From Candidatus Latescibacterota bacterium (lineage in GTDB: Bacteria > Latescibacterota > UBA2968 > UBA8231), in assembly GCA_965248265.1 (NCBI GenBank), contig CBDFJF010000001.1:2784001-2848000 (forward strand): a DNA stretch of 64,000 nt, given 5' to 3'. The number at the start of each line of letters is the position of its first letter. The stretch's first letter is position 1. Made by a program: the position numbers and the translations under genes. Below the pieces are notes generated by a model, which searched no databases, had not been told where the DNA came from, and saw only the letters and a list, made by a program, of their open reading frames with translations. Positions 35,561 through 45,940 of the stretch are shown here, one piece after another.

Positions 35561-35913
35561 GACGACCTCGTCAGATGCCATCCGCTGCCGTACTCGCAGG
35601 CATACACCTGCAGGGTTACGCCCTGCTCCCCGCGCAAGATATCTGCTCTTCGCTGAGCATCTTCTGCGGACCCGTACGACTCCTTCGGTTTGCCATCGCT
35701 GCCGGTGCAATAGCCGCATCGTGAACTAGGGGTCTGCCGGTTGGCCGGAGACAGGTGCCACAGACCGCATTGGTCACATTGGTATGGTACCAGACCCTGG
35801 CCGTAGGTACTGTTGGCATGGTCGGCCCCCTCTTGAGCTTCGTGTCGCGAATCGTACTCCGTGAGCGGCTTCCCGGACTTCTTACCGACACACGTTTCGC
35901 TCTTCTGGCTCAT
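35551..35913 (-). CDS. Hypothetical protein with two tandem Cys/His motif repeats
   Basis: C..K..Y.S..EA...YQCDQCGLWHLS and C..K..Y.S.EDA...YACEYGSGWHLT. Confidence 0.7.
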   Translation of the reverse strand: MSQKSETCVGKKSGKPLTEYDSRHEAQEGADHANSTYGQGLVPYQCDQCGLWHLSPANRQTPSSRCGYCTGSDGKPKESYGSAEDAQRRADILRGEQGVTLQVYACEYGSGWHLTRSSWR

Positions 35914-36027
35914 TCTCTCTCTCCGTGTCCCTGGCGGTTACCCGGCGCGGTGACTCTTGCGGATGACGAGTTTCAATCCTGACCAAATATCGTCAACTGC
36001 GCGGACCTTCACATCCATTGTGATTTC

Positions 36028-36888
36028 TTATGCTCTGACCCTTGTCCTGTCGTGGCTCCCTTGAGGGTCGACGACGCACATCACGCGATCCCCCTCGATA
36101 ACGGTGTGACCACGACTCAAGGGCGCCTCCTTCATGCCGGGCCGCCTCAGGAAAATCTGTTGATCCCTCTGATAGTGTGCTATCGCGGATTCGAACAACC
36201 GTGAACCCGTCACCAAGCGTGCCATCGCGTTGCCGATGGTCCCGACCAGGACTCCATTCTCGTCCTCGAGCAGTTGTCCAAGCCGGTTGAAATCGTTACC
36301 GCTGAAGCCCGCCCGCGGCGGCATACTGGTGCTGACGACGCGTTCCAATGCTTCGTTGGGCTGGCGAACGAGCATTTCCACCTCGATCTCTCGGCGGTAC
36401 GGAACTCCCACCCGTGCTTCAACCAGGTGGATGGCGGTCAACCGGGTGTAGGGTACCCCCAACAACAGAAACTGACCCTCGCCGTTGGCTATTCGTCCCA
36501 TCGGACTGTCGTCGTCCCAGGCTGACGGGCTTCGAGTAGCGACGATCTGCTCTGCCATCGGACCGATCGCGGCGATGCTGTGAAACACGTGAATGCTACG
36601 CAGCGCCCCCACCCGCTGTCTCGCTGCCTCCGATATCGCGCCCATTTCTGATGGGGTTCGAGCGGGGTCGAAGATAAACCCGGGTTGACTTGGAGCAGAG
36701 AACGTGAAGGTGGGCACGACCAGTGTTCCCTGCGATCCCAGACTCTCCAGCAGCGCATCAACCACGGCCTCGGCCCCACCCTCCACGGTACCGATACTGC
36801 GCAGCGAACTGTGCACCATCATCACGCCACCGGCGGCAACGCCCAGGCGCGAAAAATCGCTGACGAGATCCTTTATACCCACGGCCAC
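36028..36888 (-). CDS. AAC(3)/YokD-family N-acetyltransferase
   Basis: MVHSSLRSIG.VEGG, LVVPTFT, LLLGV, T.IHLVE. Confidence 0.85.
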   Translation of the reverse strand: MAVGIKDLVSDFSRLGVAAGGVMMVHSSLRSIGTVEGGAEAVVDALLESLGSQGTLVVPTFTFSAPSQPGFIFDPARTPSEMGAISEAARQRVGALRSIHVFHSIAAIGPMAEQIVATRSPSAWDDDSPMGRIANGEGQFLLLGVPYTRLTAIHLVEARVGVPYRREIEVEMLVRQPNEALERVVSTSMPPRAGFSGNDFNRLGQLLEDENGVLVGTIGNAMARLVTGSRLFESAIAHYQRDQQIFLRRPGMKEAPLSRGHTVIEGDRVMCVVDPQGSHDRTRVRA

Positions 36889-36894
36889 GGGGTC

Positions 36895-38031
36895 TTACCG
36901 CGAGGCGACGAGCTCGTCCCCGACGAGCCCATGGAGGAAGGTCACGGCTCGCTCCTTGCTGCCGGTCAATCCAAATGGAAGGTGATCTCCGCCGTCGTAT
37001 TCGAACAACTCACTACCGCTGGCAACGATGGTATCGCTCAAACGTTGAGACTGAGCCAACGGCACGATATCGTCGGCAGTGCCATGATGAATCTGCACCG
37101 GCGGCAGCCGTTCGACGAAGTACAGAGGCGATCGCCGCAGTAACTCACGGCGCATCTCTGCCAGGCTGAGCTCTCCCTGTTGTACCCTGGGAATGAGATC
37201 TTGCTCCAGAAACGAGATACCGGGTAGCTCACGCTGAGGTTCACCCAGCAAGGCGTCTTCCAGAATCTCGATCACGAAGGAACCAAAGAAATCGGTGGGG
37301 GCAAAGAAATCGATCACGCCATCGATACGGGAATCCCTGATCGCCATCAGCAAGGCATTGGATCCACCCCCACTCATGCCGAAGGCGACGATGCGCTCTG
37401 GATCCGCTTGGTGCGTCGTCTCCAGCACTGCGTTCAGGAACGCCAGGCCATCATCAACCTCACCGACCCACGGGCTGGGCTCACCCTCTGACCGATGCCT
37501 GACCCCATCGAAGGTCAACGCCTGTGACCTGAACGAGGGAATTACCAGTATGTATTCGTCCAGGCGCGCGCCGATGACGAGTGGAAGCAGGAACAGAGTG
37601 CCTTCTACCGAGACTCCGTCCTCACCGAAGTGTGAGTAGATGAGTACGGGGAGTTGAGCTGCAGCTTCGGGCACGACCACGGCGCCGACGTGACGCTGGC
37701 CGTCGACGAGGTGGGATAACACTCTGACGACGACCCCACCGTCATCGGAGAGTTCGGCAAGCGCTTCTTCGCGGATGTCAATGGCCGCTACGTCTCGCTC
37801 CTGCCAACTGGCAGCAACCTCGGCGATCTCGGACGCGCTCGGGGCGGCAAATAGTTGAGTGATGTTGATGCCGCCGACGATGCGATCGGTGCTGGGGCTT
37901 TGTGTCCCTGAATCGGAACCACATCCCAAGGTGAATATCGCGGTACCCGCGACCAGAGCACCCGATGTGTAGAGTAAACGCACTCCTGTCAGCTTTCTGA
38001 AATGAGAGGGACACGGGAATTTCCGCGACAT
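36895..38031 (-). CDS. Alpha/beta hydrolase (S9 peptidase-like) lipoprotein
   Basis: Lipobox FTLGC; GMSGGG nucleophile; HHGTADDIVP; GGDH; start taken at MSRKF. Confidence 0.78.
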   Translation of the reverse strand: MSRKFPCPSHFRKLTGVRLLYTSGALVAGTAIFTLGCGSDSGTQSPSTDRIVGGINITQLFAAPSASEIAEVAASWQERDVAAIDIREEALAELSDDGGVVVRVLSHLVDGQRHVGAVVVPEAAAQLPVLIYSHFGEDGVSVEGTLFLLPLVIGARLDEYILVIPSFRSQALTFDGVRHRSEGEPSPWVGEVDDGLAFLNAVLETTHQADPERIVAFGMSGGGSNALLMAIRDSRIDGVIDFFAPTDFFGSFVIEILEDALLGEPQRELPGISFLEQDLIPRVQQGELSLAEMRRELLRRSPLYFVERLPPVQIHHGTADDIVPLAQSQRLSDTIVASGSELFEYDGGDHLPFGLTGSKERAVTFLHGLVGDELVASR

Positions 38032-38175
38032 GAGAGCCCCTGTCGAGACCCGCTTTCCCTCGACGGGATCCGCAGCCTGCGTGAGTGAGTTTCGATTGAC
38101 ATTGTTCCTGACCAGAGGTAACGTGGCTAGGAGAATCGTGCACCGCAGCCGTCGACAGCCAGTGCCAGGTCGCCC

Positions 38176-40287
38176 ATGCCTAGATGGTACCGAGAAGTAC
38201 TGACTCAAGAAGCCGACCCCGATCTGCGCGCCGAGATCGGACACTACCTCGAATCACGGCGCCCCCGCTCGCGCAAACTCGACGCTGGCTGCGTCGTCGA
38301 GTTCATGAAGAAGGGTCGCCTCTGCTGCGGCGCCGTCTGGCCAAACGCGGCCAACGGTAGAATGCAGTTCATCATCGACGCCGACGCCTCGCAAACCTGG
38401 ATACGCCGTTCGCGGTTGCTGGATATCTCCTCCGTCAAAGTCTCGATCCGGGGACGCCGGCAGGCTGCGGCTGCCCTGGATCTCATCGATGAACGCCGGC
38501 GCCGACAGGCCGCACAGCTCGACATGGAGACCCTGTGGGCACTGGCCGCTGAGTCCAAGGCTCCCACCGGCTGGACCACGAATTTTTTGACCGACCTGGC
38601 GTTCGGTGATCGCCGTGGCGGCGACAGTCGGGCCGTGCTGCTGCGCGTCCTGCACGCCGGGGAGTGGTTCTCACGACGCGGTGACCGCTGGGTCCCACAC
38701 GACGCCACGATCGTGGACCGGCGCAGACAGTTAGCACGCGACCGTCAGCGCCAGTCAGGTGAGTTGGACGTGTTGGCCGGCTGGCTGCGCGCCGTAGCCG
38801 ACGGCGATACTGAGCGGCGGCTACCCGAGGGACACCAGCGGGCCATCGCCCTGCTTGAGGAAGCGGCACTGGGCACGCCCAAAGGTCACCCCGAGACCAG
38901 GGCAGCTGCGGAATTGATGGCCCGCGCCCATCTGCACGGGGCAGCGGCCGCTTTTGACTTGTTGGTGCGCCTGGGTCGGTGGTCGACCCATGAAAACCTG
39001 GAAATCCACCGCGGACGAGTCCCCATCCACTTCACTGCGGATACACTCACCGCCGCGCAAGATATCCATGATTCTGGTCGACACCGCTGGATGCCGCCTG
39101 CCGATCGCTGCAGCCGCGCTTGGAGTCGACCGCTGGGGTGGGTTCCCGCCGGCAGCATGGGCTGTGAGCGCGCGTTCTCTGCAAGGCAAACCCTTCGAGG
39201 ATTCAAGGTCACCGTTTTTCTCGCCGCTCCGGTACTGCTGTTCGAGAGAGACAGCACGATCGAACAAGAGGCCGCCGTGCGAGGCCGCTCCATCTCCCCC
39301 CCGGACCGTGATATTCCGATGCTGCCACCGTCGGTCGTCGAGGACGCCCGACTGGTCGATGACGAAGGGAGGCCAGCCGTGGCCATCACCGTCGTCATGG
39401 ACCGCAGCTTTACTCTCAAGTCAGTTGAGGTGGGACTGCGTCGTGTACGGCCACGACTGGTTTCCGCGGGCGATGAACCGCGGGCCCAGCGCCAGCACAG
39501 CCTGCTGTCATCGATAGCAACCTCCCTGCGAGACGGACGACTCGAGCGATCTTGCATCCCCGACGCCGATGTTCGCCGGCCTGCAGTACGGCTGATCGAC
39601 GGCCAGCCTTCGTTCCCCGAGCCTGCCTTCACCGAGGGTATGACGATCGATGAAGAGCTCACTCATCTGGCGTGCTGGGCGGCAGCTGCCTGGTGTCGCG
39701 AGCGCGACATACCGACGGTCTACCGAACCCAGGCAGCGCCGGAGTCGCCCGATATAGACTTCAAAGTACCAACACTACCGTCTCGCGTGCGGTATGAGCA
39801 GCTGTGTCGACTGCTGCCGCGACCTTCCGTTCAGACCGACGCGGCCGAGCAATCCGTGCTCGGGTTCCTCGAGTATGCCAGCACTGGAATGCCTTGCTCG
39901 CGCTTTGAGGACCTCATGATGCAGCGCCAGTTGATCAGCGCCGCCACCGGGCAGAGCTCGACCTACAGTAAGGAGGAGCTGGAAGTGGGCCTGGCCGATA
40001 CGGCTTCGGCCCGCGAAGTGGCCTACAGGGTGGAGCGCAGCGGACAACGCTACTGGACACTGATGGCACTGGAAGCCTCGGCCGGGGACCGGCTTCCCGG
40101 CCTGGTCATCGAACGGGCTGGCCTGGGATACCGCGTTCTGCTGGAAGAATCCGGATTTTCCGCCTTCGTGCCGGCTCCGGGCGAGCTCTGGGCCCAACCG
40201 GGCGACCGAATCGTCGTCCGCGTAGCGCAGGTTTCCGCTCACCGCGATCTACTCAAACTGGCCGACCCACAACGGCCAACCAACTGA
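38176..40287 (+). CDS. RNase II/RNB-family protein with degenerate active site
   Basis: RNB landmarks (R...IPMLP, VYRTQ, LG...Y...P.SRFEDLMMQRQL, S1-like tail) are present, but the DxxxxxDxDD motif is not. Confidence 0.7.
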   Translation: MPRWYREVLTQEADPDLRAEIGHYLESRRPRSRKLDAGCVVEFMKKGRLCCGAVWPNAANGRMQFIIDADASQTWIRRSRLLDISSVKVSIRGRRQAAAALDLIDERRRRQAAQLDMETLWALAAESKAPTGWTTNFLTDLAFGDRRGGDSRAVLLRVLHAGEWFSRRGDRWVPHDATIVDRRRQLARDRQRQSGELDVLAGWLRAVADGDTERRLPEGHQRAIALLEEAALGTPKGHPETRAAAELMARAHLHGAAAAFDLLVRLGRWSTHENLEIHRGRVPIHFTADTLTAAQDIHDSGRHRWMPPADRCSRAWSRPLGWVPAGSMGCERAFSARQTLRGFKVTVFLAAPVLLFERDSTIEQEAAVRGRSISPPDRDIPMLPPSVVEDARLVDDEGRPAVAITVVMDRSFTLKSVEVGLRRVRPRLVSAGDEPRAQRQHSLLSSIATSLRDGRLERSCIPDADVRRPAVRLIDGQPSFPEPAFTEGMTIDEELTHLACWAAAAWCRERDIPTVYRTQAAPESPDIDFKVPTLPSRVRYEQLCRLLPRPSVQTDAAEQSVLGFLEYASTGMPCSRFEDLMMQRQLISAATGQSSTYSKEELEVGLADTASAREVAYRVERSGQRYWTLMALEASAGDRLPGLVIERAGLGYRVLLEESGFSAFVPAPGELWAQPGDRIVVRVAQVSAHRDLLKLADPQRPTN

Positions 40288-40529
40288 CCGACCGTAGCTA
40301 GCCTTCTTCCTCATCCCACATAGCGCTATCGGAGCCGGCGTATACTCTCGTATCCGTTCGGACCGCCGATTGCCCGCACCCGTCGGCGCAAGGTATATTG
40401 CCAACCATCAAAAACCATGTCTTTCTGTTTGGAGCTTTTATGGTATGTCACCCGATGATCAGCGCCGAGGCCGTGTGGCCCGCGTAATTCGCCTGACACG
40501 GTCGTTTTGTAGACTGCGGAGATGACCCG

Positions 40530-41333
40530 ATGTTGGATGAAGTAACTGGACGACAGATCAACGACTACGAACGGGACGGTTTCGTCGCCATCCCCGAGTT
40601 TGTTACTTCATCCGAGTTGAGAGTTTGGCAACGGGTGACGGACCAGGCGGTGTCAGATCGACTGGAGGCAGGTGGTGAAAATACGAATCAGACTGAAGAG
40701 GACCGCAGCCACTACTCACGGGTGTTCGTCCAGTGCCTGCGTCTGGCGGATACCAACGCTGAGATGCGCGAGCTCATTTACGACAGGCGCATCGGCAAGA
40801 TGGCTGCGCAGCTGGCGGGCATCGACGGCATTCGCGTGTGGCACGATCAGGCCTTGATCAAACAAGCTTTCGGCAACCCGACGGCTTGGCATATAGACAA
40901 TCCGTACTGGTCGTTCAGCTCCCCCGATGCGATCTCGATCTGGGTGGCCCTGGATGATGCCACGCTGGAGAATGGATGCATGTGGTATGTACCCGGATCG
41001 CACAAGAGTGCGACCCACGAGAACGTGGGGATCGGCCAAAACATCGGCGAGCTGTTCGACTTTTATCCACAATGGAAGGAGATCGACCCCGTCGCCGTCC
41101 CCACCTCGGCCGGGACAGCCGTCTTCCATAGTGGATTGACGGCGCATGGGGCAGGGGCCAACATGACCAGACACGCCCGCCGGGCCATGACCTGCGCCTT
41201 CATGCCGGATGGAGCGACCTTCAATGGGAATCAAAACATCTTGCCACAGCCCTACTTCGATTCGCTGTCGGAGGGTGACGTGCTGGACAATGAGGAGCAG
41301 AACCCGCTGATCTGGAGCATGTCGTGGGAGTAG
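40530..41333 (+). CDS. Phytanoyl-CoA dioxygenase (PhyH)-family Fe/2OG dioxygenase
   Basis: WHDQALIK, WHID, WVALDDAT.ENGC, PGSH, H.AG.N, RRA. Confidence 0.9.
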   Translation: MLDEVTGRQINDYERDGFVAIPEFVTSSELRVWQRVTDQAVSDRLEAGGENTNQTEEDRSHYSRVFVQCLRLADTNAEMRELIYDRRIGKMAAQLAGIDGIRVWHDQALIKQAFGNPTAWHIDNPYWSFSSPDAISIWVALDDATLENGCMWYVPGSHKSATHENVGIGQNIGELFDFYPQWKEIDPVAVPTSAGTAVFHSGLTAHGAGANMTRHARRAMTCAFMPDGATFNGNQNILPQPYFDSLSEGDVLDNEEQNPLIWSMSWE

Positions 41334-41355
41334 TGGCCAAACCGGGAGACCAGAG

Positions 41356-43260
41356 TTGAGATCGGTGCTGGCGCCCAGCTATCGCGCCTTGTTCATCGGC
41401 ATCATAGGCTGCCTCCTGTGTGGTGCCGGCTCCCAGTACACGGACATGATGTTGAAGCGGTCCGGTCTCACCGGATGGTTTTATACACCCGGCGCTCTGA
41501 TTCTTCTCCTGGTCGTCGTCCTCGCGGCTAATCCAATCGTGGGACTGGTGCGCCGCCGTTGGATGCTGTGCCCGGCCGAACTGGCGCAGATCTACGTCAT
41601 GATGATTATCGGCTCGGCCGTCTCCACCGATGGCTTCGTCTCCTATTTCCTTCCCCAGCTCACCAGTCCGACCTATTACGCCACCCCTGAAAACAACTGG
41701 GCCGTGGAGCTGCTGCCGCATGTTCCCCCGTGGTTGATCCCATCCTACCATTTGAAGGAGGTCAAGGACCTCTACGAGGGCACCCCCGGAGGCGTGCCGT
41801 GGAGCCTCTGGCTGCCCCCGATTCTGCGCTGGGTGCCGCTGGCCCTGTCCCTTCACCTGGCCATGATCACGATCATGGTGATCCTGCGCAAGCAGTGGGT
41901 CGAAAGGGAGCGGCTGGTCTTTCCGATGACCCAATTACCCGTCGCCATGATCCAGGACGGCGGGGATGAGTCACTGGTGAAGCCTTTCTTCAAGAACTGG
42001 GTGATGTGGCTCGGCTTTGCCATCCCCTTCCTGATTCAAACCAACAATGGTATGGTCCAGCATTTCGCCTGGTTGCCGCGGATCAACATCGGGGGGTCCT
42101 ACCTCTATTTTTTCGGGGATACGGTCAAGATCCTGATCGGCATGAACTTCATGATGGTCGGGTTCACCTACCTGGTCCGGCGTGAGGTTTCTCTGGGTCT
42201 GTGGGTCTTTGCCATGCTGGGCATGGCCCAAATCGCCATCTTCGCCGCGTTGGGAATCGATAAACACGAACCGATGTTCAGTGGTTTTTCATCCCGGGCC
42301 GGTGTCATCAACTCGCATCAGGGTTTTGGCGCCTTCATGGTGCTGGCCTTGTTCAGTCTGTGGAATGCCCGCGGCCACGTGAAACAAGTGCTGAACCAGG
42401 CGTTGGGCCGGGGGCCAAAGCTGGACGATTCCGACGAGGTGCTCTCGTATCGCGCCGCGGTTGCGGTACTGGCTGGCAGCCTGATTTTCATGTCTGTATG
42501 GATGTGGCTGACCGGCCTGCCGGCGTGGATCGTTCCACCCTTCCTGTTCCTGGCCTTCCTTCTGTTCCTTGGCATCACCCGAATCATCGCCGAGGGAGGT
42601 GTTCCGTACCTGTTCGCGCCGATGATCGCCTCCGACTTCATCGTCGGCGGCTTCGGCACACGGGCGCTGGGAGCAACCGGCATCGTTGCTCTTGCCTTCA
42701 CCTACATGTGGGCCAGCGATATCATCAATTTTGTGATGGTATCCTGCGCCAACGGCCTCAAGGTGGTCGAAGAGAGTGTGACCCGGAATCGCCGCCTGAT
42801 ATTCGGCAGCATGGTCGTGGCCCTGATAGTCTCCTTCGGCAGTTCGGTCTGGGTTTTATTGGAAGTAGCCTACAAGCACGGGGGGCTCAACACGTCGCAC
42901 TACTTTGCCGGTCAATCTTATCAACACTTCGACGACGCGCTTGTGCGGATCCAAGCATCTGTCGGGCCGCAGTGGGATTACTGGGGATACACCGCCATCG
43001 GCGGAGCCATCATGGGCGCGCTCATGCTGGTGCGCAACCACTTTCTGTGGTGGCCCATCCACCCGATCGGCTTTCCCATCAGCCTGGTCATGAACAAGAT
43101 GGTGGTGAGCGTGTTCATTGCCTGGCTCATCAAGAGCATCATTCTGGAGTACGGCGGACCCAGGTTGTTCAAACGGTTGCGACCTTTCTTCCTCGGACTG
43201 ATCCTCGGCGACTTCTTTCCGCTCGGCTTCAACATCCTGCTCGATGTGCTGGTAAGGTGA
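41356..43260 (+). CDS. Polytopic membrane protein, DUF6785/DUF6784 (OPT-like) family
   Basis: LRKQWVERERLVFP, RIIAEGG, WWPIHPIG, PFFLGLILG; many TM helices. Confidence 0.7.
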   Translation: MRSVLAPSYRALFIGIIGCLLCGAGSQYTDMMLKRSGLTGWFYTPGALILLLVVVLAANPIVGLVRRRWMLCPAELAQIYVMMIIGSAVSTDGFVSYFLPQLTSPTYYATPENNWAVELLPHVPPWLIPSYHLKEVKDLYEGTPGGVPWSLWLPPILRWVPLALSLHLAMITIMVILRKQWVERERLVFPMTQLPVAMIQDGGDESLVKPFFKNWVMWLGFAIPFLIQTNNGMVQHFAWLPRINIGGSYLYFFGDTVKILIGMNFMMVGFTYLVRREVSLGLWVFAMLGMAQIAIFAALGIDKHEPMFSGFSSRAGVINSHQGFGAFMVLALFSLWNARGHVKQVLNQALGRGPKLDDSDEVLSYRAAVAVLAGSLIFMSVWMWLTGLPAWIVPPFLFLAFLLFLGITRIIAEGGVPYLFAPMIASDFIVGGFGTRALGATGIVALAFTYMWASDIINFVMVSCANGLKVVEESVTRNRRLIFGSMVVALIVSFGSSVWVLLEVAYKHGGLNTSHYFAGQSYQHFDDALVRIQASVGPQWDYWGYTAIGGAIMGALMLVRNHFLWWPIHPIGFPISLVMNKMVVSVFIAWLIKSIILEYGGPRLFKRLRPFFLGLILGDFFPLGFNILLDVLVR

Positions 43261-43272
43261 TCGTCCGTAACG

Positions 43273-45795
43273 TCAGTCCTTGAGCGCTGTGTGGACCTTG
43301 GACCAGAGGATCTCGGAGTCGAACGGTTTCTGCAGGAAGCCGGCCAGTCCCTTGCCCGTAAACTGACTTATCGCCTCCTGCTCGTTGAATCCGCTCATCA
43401 GCAGAACCTTGACATTGGGAAATTGCTTGACCATTTCGCGAAGGGTTTCGACACCGTCCATGTCAGGCATCGTCAGGTCAAGGAGGACGACATCGAATCC
43501 GCCTCGCGCGGAGGCCATTTTGTCGAGTGCAACACGTCCGTTTTCGGCAACCACGACGTCGCAACCGCAGGCTTTCAATACTCGGGCCGACACAGTTCGA
43601 ACCGTTTCTTCGTCGTCTACCACCAGGATCGACCCGGTCTCCATGGTTTTCGACTCGAACTCTGGAGTCTTCGCCCCGACTTCGGCCTCCGGTTCTTCGC
43701 TACAGGGCAGGAGGATCTTGAAGGTGCTGCCCTTGTTTACCTCCGAATAGACCTCAAAGGCCCCCCCATGGCCACGCACGATGCCCAGGACGGCGGCGAG
43801 CCCCAATCCACGCCCGGTAAATTTGGTTGTGTAAAACGGGTCAAAGATCTTGGATCTGGTCTCTTCGTCCATGCCGCATCCATTGTCACCGACTTCGAGG
43901 GACACGTAGTCGCCTGCGGCAATGTCGGGCGACATAGCGCTGCCTGACCCGTATCCCTGTTTGGCTCGCAGTAAGCCTGTGCTGACGGTGATGAGACCGC
44001 TCTTGTTGCCGATCGCTTCGGATGCGTTGATAACCAGGTTGAGCACAATCTGCCTGATTTGAGAAGAGTCAGCTCTCACCAGGGGCAAATCCTCCTGCAA
44101 ATCGAACTTCAACGCCGCCTTCTTGCTGATCGACAGCTGCAGCAGGTGGTTCATGTCATCGATCAGAGCGCTCAAGCTAAGGTTGTCGACGATGAAGCGG
44201 CCCCGGCCTGAGTATGCCAGCATCTGCATACACAGGTCAGCGGCATGCCTGGTCGTGGTTTCGATATCTTCCATGTAGTGCAAGACCGGAGAGTCCTTGG
44301 GAAGCTCCATGCGACTGAGACTGGCGTTGCCGAGAATGCCGGTGAGCAGGTTGTTGAAATCGTGGGCGATGCCGCCCGCCAACAACCCGAGGCTTTCCAA
44401 CCGTTGCGTTTCCCGGAGCTTGTTGTCGATGGTCCGCTTTTCCTGCTCAGCGCGTTTGCGGTCAGTGATGTCAATGGACAGGACGAAGAAACCGAGTACC
44501 GTTTCATCAACATCGAAATGGGGTACGTAGCGGACCTCCAGGTGCCGAGCAATATCATCCTTGTCGGTAATAGTAGTCTCGAAGATCGCACTGTGACCTT
44601 GAAGGGCTGCTTCCGCATGTCCGGCGATAGCGTTAAACCCAGCCTCGCCAAGAACCTCACGAATGTGCTTGCCCTTGACCTCGTCTCGCGACAGACCGAA
44701 CCAATCCTCGTAACCTCGATTCGCGAACTGGTACCGTTTTTCCGTGTCCACGTAGGCAATCAGCGCCGGCATGGCATCGGTTATCAAGCGGTATTGCTGG
44801 CTGCCATGCTCCAGCTCTTCCTCCACCCGTTTGCGCTCTGTTATCTCACTCAGCAGTTGCTTGTTCGATGACATCAGCTCCGCAGTGCGCGTTTCGACCC
44901 GCTGTTCTAATTCAGTATGGGCTCGCTGTAGGGCTTCTTCGGCCTGCTTGCGTTTCGTGATGTCGATCCAACTGCCGACGACCTCGAGGGGATTGCCCTC
45001 CTCGTCGCAAATGAAGTTGAGCTCGTCGCGCATCCATCGGTAGGTTCCATCCTGGTGCATGAAGCGGTACTCCACGGAGTAGTTGCCGACCGGCGCGATG
45101 CCGTCCAACTCGGCGAAGATGCGAGTGCCGTCTTCAGGATGGAGGCGGCTGGCCCAGAAATCGGGATCGGCAACGAATTCCGAGGCTTCGTACCCGAGCA
45201 GGGAGGAAACATTCTCGCTGACAAAAGTCGCCGCAAAGTCCCCTGATGGTTTGGCGGTGTACACGGTAGCAGGGCTTGCGCTGAGCAGGTATTGCAGGCG
45301 TGATTGTAACTCTTTGGCCTCTTGCTCGGCTGCCCAGCGCAAAGTGATGTTTTCGAAGCACACAGCCACAGTTCGTTCGTCTAACGGAATGGCCACCACC
45401 GACCAAACAGCACTCGTAACATGCTCGTCGCCGTAGTGGAAATAGGGCAGGGTTTGAGCCTGTCTGGTATCCAGAGCCGTCTTGAAGGAGGCCGGAATAT
45501 CGGTGTCCAGGAGCTCGGGATTACTTTCTCTCATGGTCTTGCCGACCAAGAGTTCATCTGACATACCCGACAGCTGTACGGCGGTCTTGTTTCTGAACAT
45601 GGCGCGAAAGGAACCCAGATCGGACGCGTCAACCAGCTCATATACCGTAACGCCGACGGGAAGTCGGTCGAACAGGGACTGTAGGAATTCGTGGGAGGCG
45701 CTTGGGGAAGGCGAGCTGTCGGATTGCTCAGTCAAATCAGATCTTTCGGGGTTCACGGATTTGCCGAAAATCTGAAACGGGCAACGCACCCTCAC
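43273..45795 (-). CDS. Multi-PAS hybrid sensor histidine kinase with receiver domain
   Basis: Three PAS domains, GGIAHDFNNLL, NLVINASEA, DNGCG, FTGRGLGL, REC (VVDDE, DLTMP, KPF). Confidence 0.93.
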   Translation of the reverse strand: MRVRCPFQIFGKSVNPERSDLTEQSDSSPSPSASHEFLQSLFDRLPVGVTVYELVDASDLGSFRAMFRNKTAVQLSGMSDELLVGKTMRESNPELLDTDIPASFKTALDTRQAQTLPYFHYGDEHVTSAVWSVVAIPLDERTVAVCFENITLRWAAEQEAKELQSRLQYLLSASPATVYTAKPSGDFAATFVSENVSSLLGYEASEFVADPDFWASRLHPEDGTRIFAELDGIAPVGNYSVEYRFMHQDGTYRWMRDELNFICDEEGNPLEVVGSWIDITKRKQAEEALQRAHTELEQRVETRTAELMSSNKQLLSEITERKRVEEELEHGSQQYRLITDAMPALIAYVDTEKRYQFANRGYEDWFGLSRDEVKGKHIREVLGEAGFNAIAGHAEAALQGHSAIFETTITDKDDIARHLEVRYVPHFDVDETVLGFFVLSIDITDRKRAEQEKRTIDNKLRETQRLESLGLLAGGIAHDFNNLLTGILGNASLSRMELPKDSPVLHYMEDIETTTRHAADLCMQMLAYSGRGRFIVDNLSLSALIDDMNHLLQLSISKKAALKFDLQEDLPLVRADSSQIRQIVLNLVINASEAIGNKSGLITVSTGLLRAKQGYGSGSAMSPDIAAGDYVSLEVGDNGCGMDEETRSKIFDPFYTTKFTGRGLGLAAVLGIVRGHGGAFEVYSEVNKGSTFKILLPCSEEPEAEVGAKTPEFESKTMETGSILVVDDEETVRTVSARVLKACGCDVVVAENGRVALDKMASARGGFDVVLLDLTMPDMDGVETLREMVKQFPNVKVLLMSGFNEQEAISQFTGKGLAGFLQKPFDSEILWSKVHTALKD

Positions 45796-45940
45796 AGAGG
45801 GCTGAGGCTAAGGCGGGCGCCAGAATATAGCGCCGGGGCGACCATGGCAACAGGCTGCCGGTGGCACGACTGAACCCTGTCTATTGATAGTCGTGCCGCT
45901 GACCCCTACACTCCTCCCCTCACCTCAAGGAGATAATACC

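Noticed and set aside
36028-36888. Bona fide aminoglycoside resistance gene
   Set aside because: AAC(3)/YokD homologs are widespread with other substrates. There is no mobile context, and substrate cannot be inferred from the motifs.
42360-43283. 307 aa alternative-frame ORF, and the many similar Arg/Pro-rich overlapping ORFs in the track
   Set aside because: Off-frame or antisense shadows typical of high-GC coding DNA, each overlapping a better supported gene.
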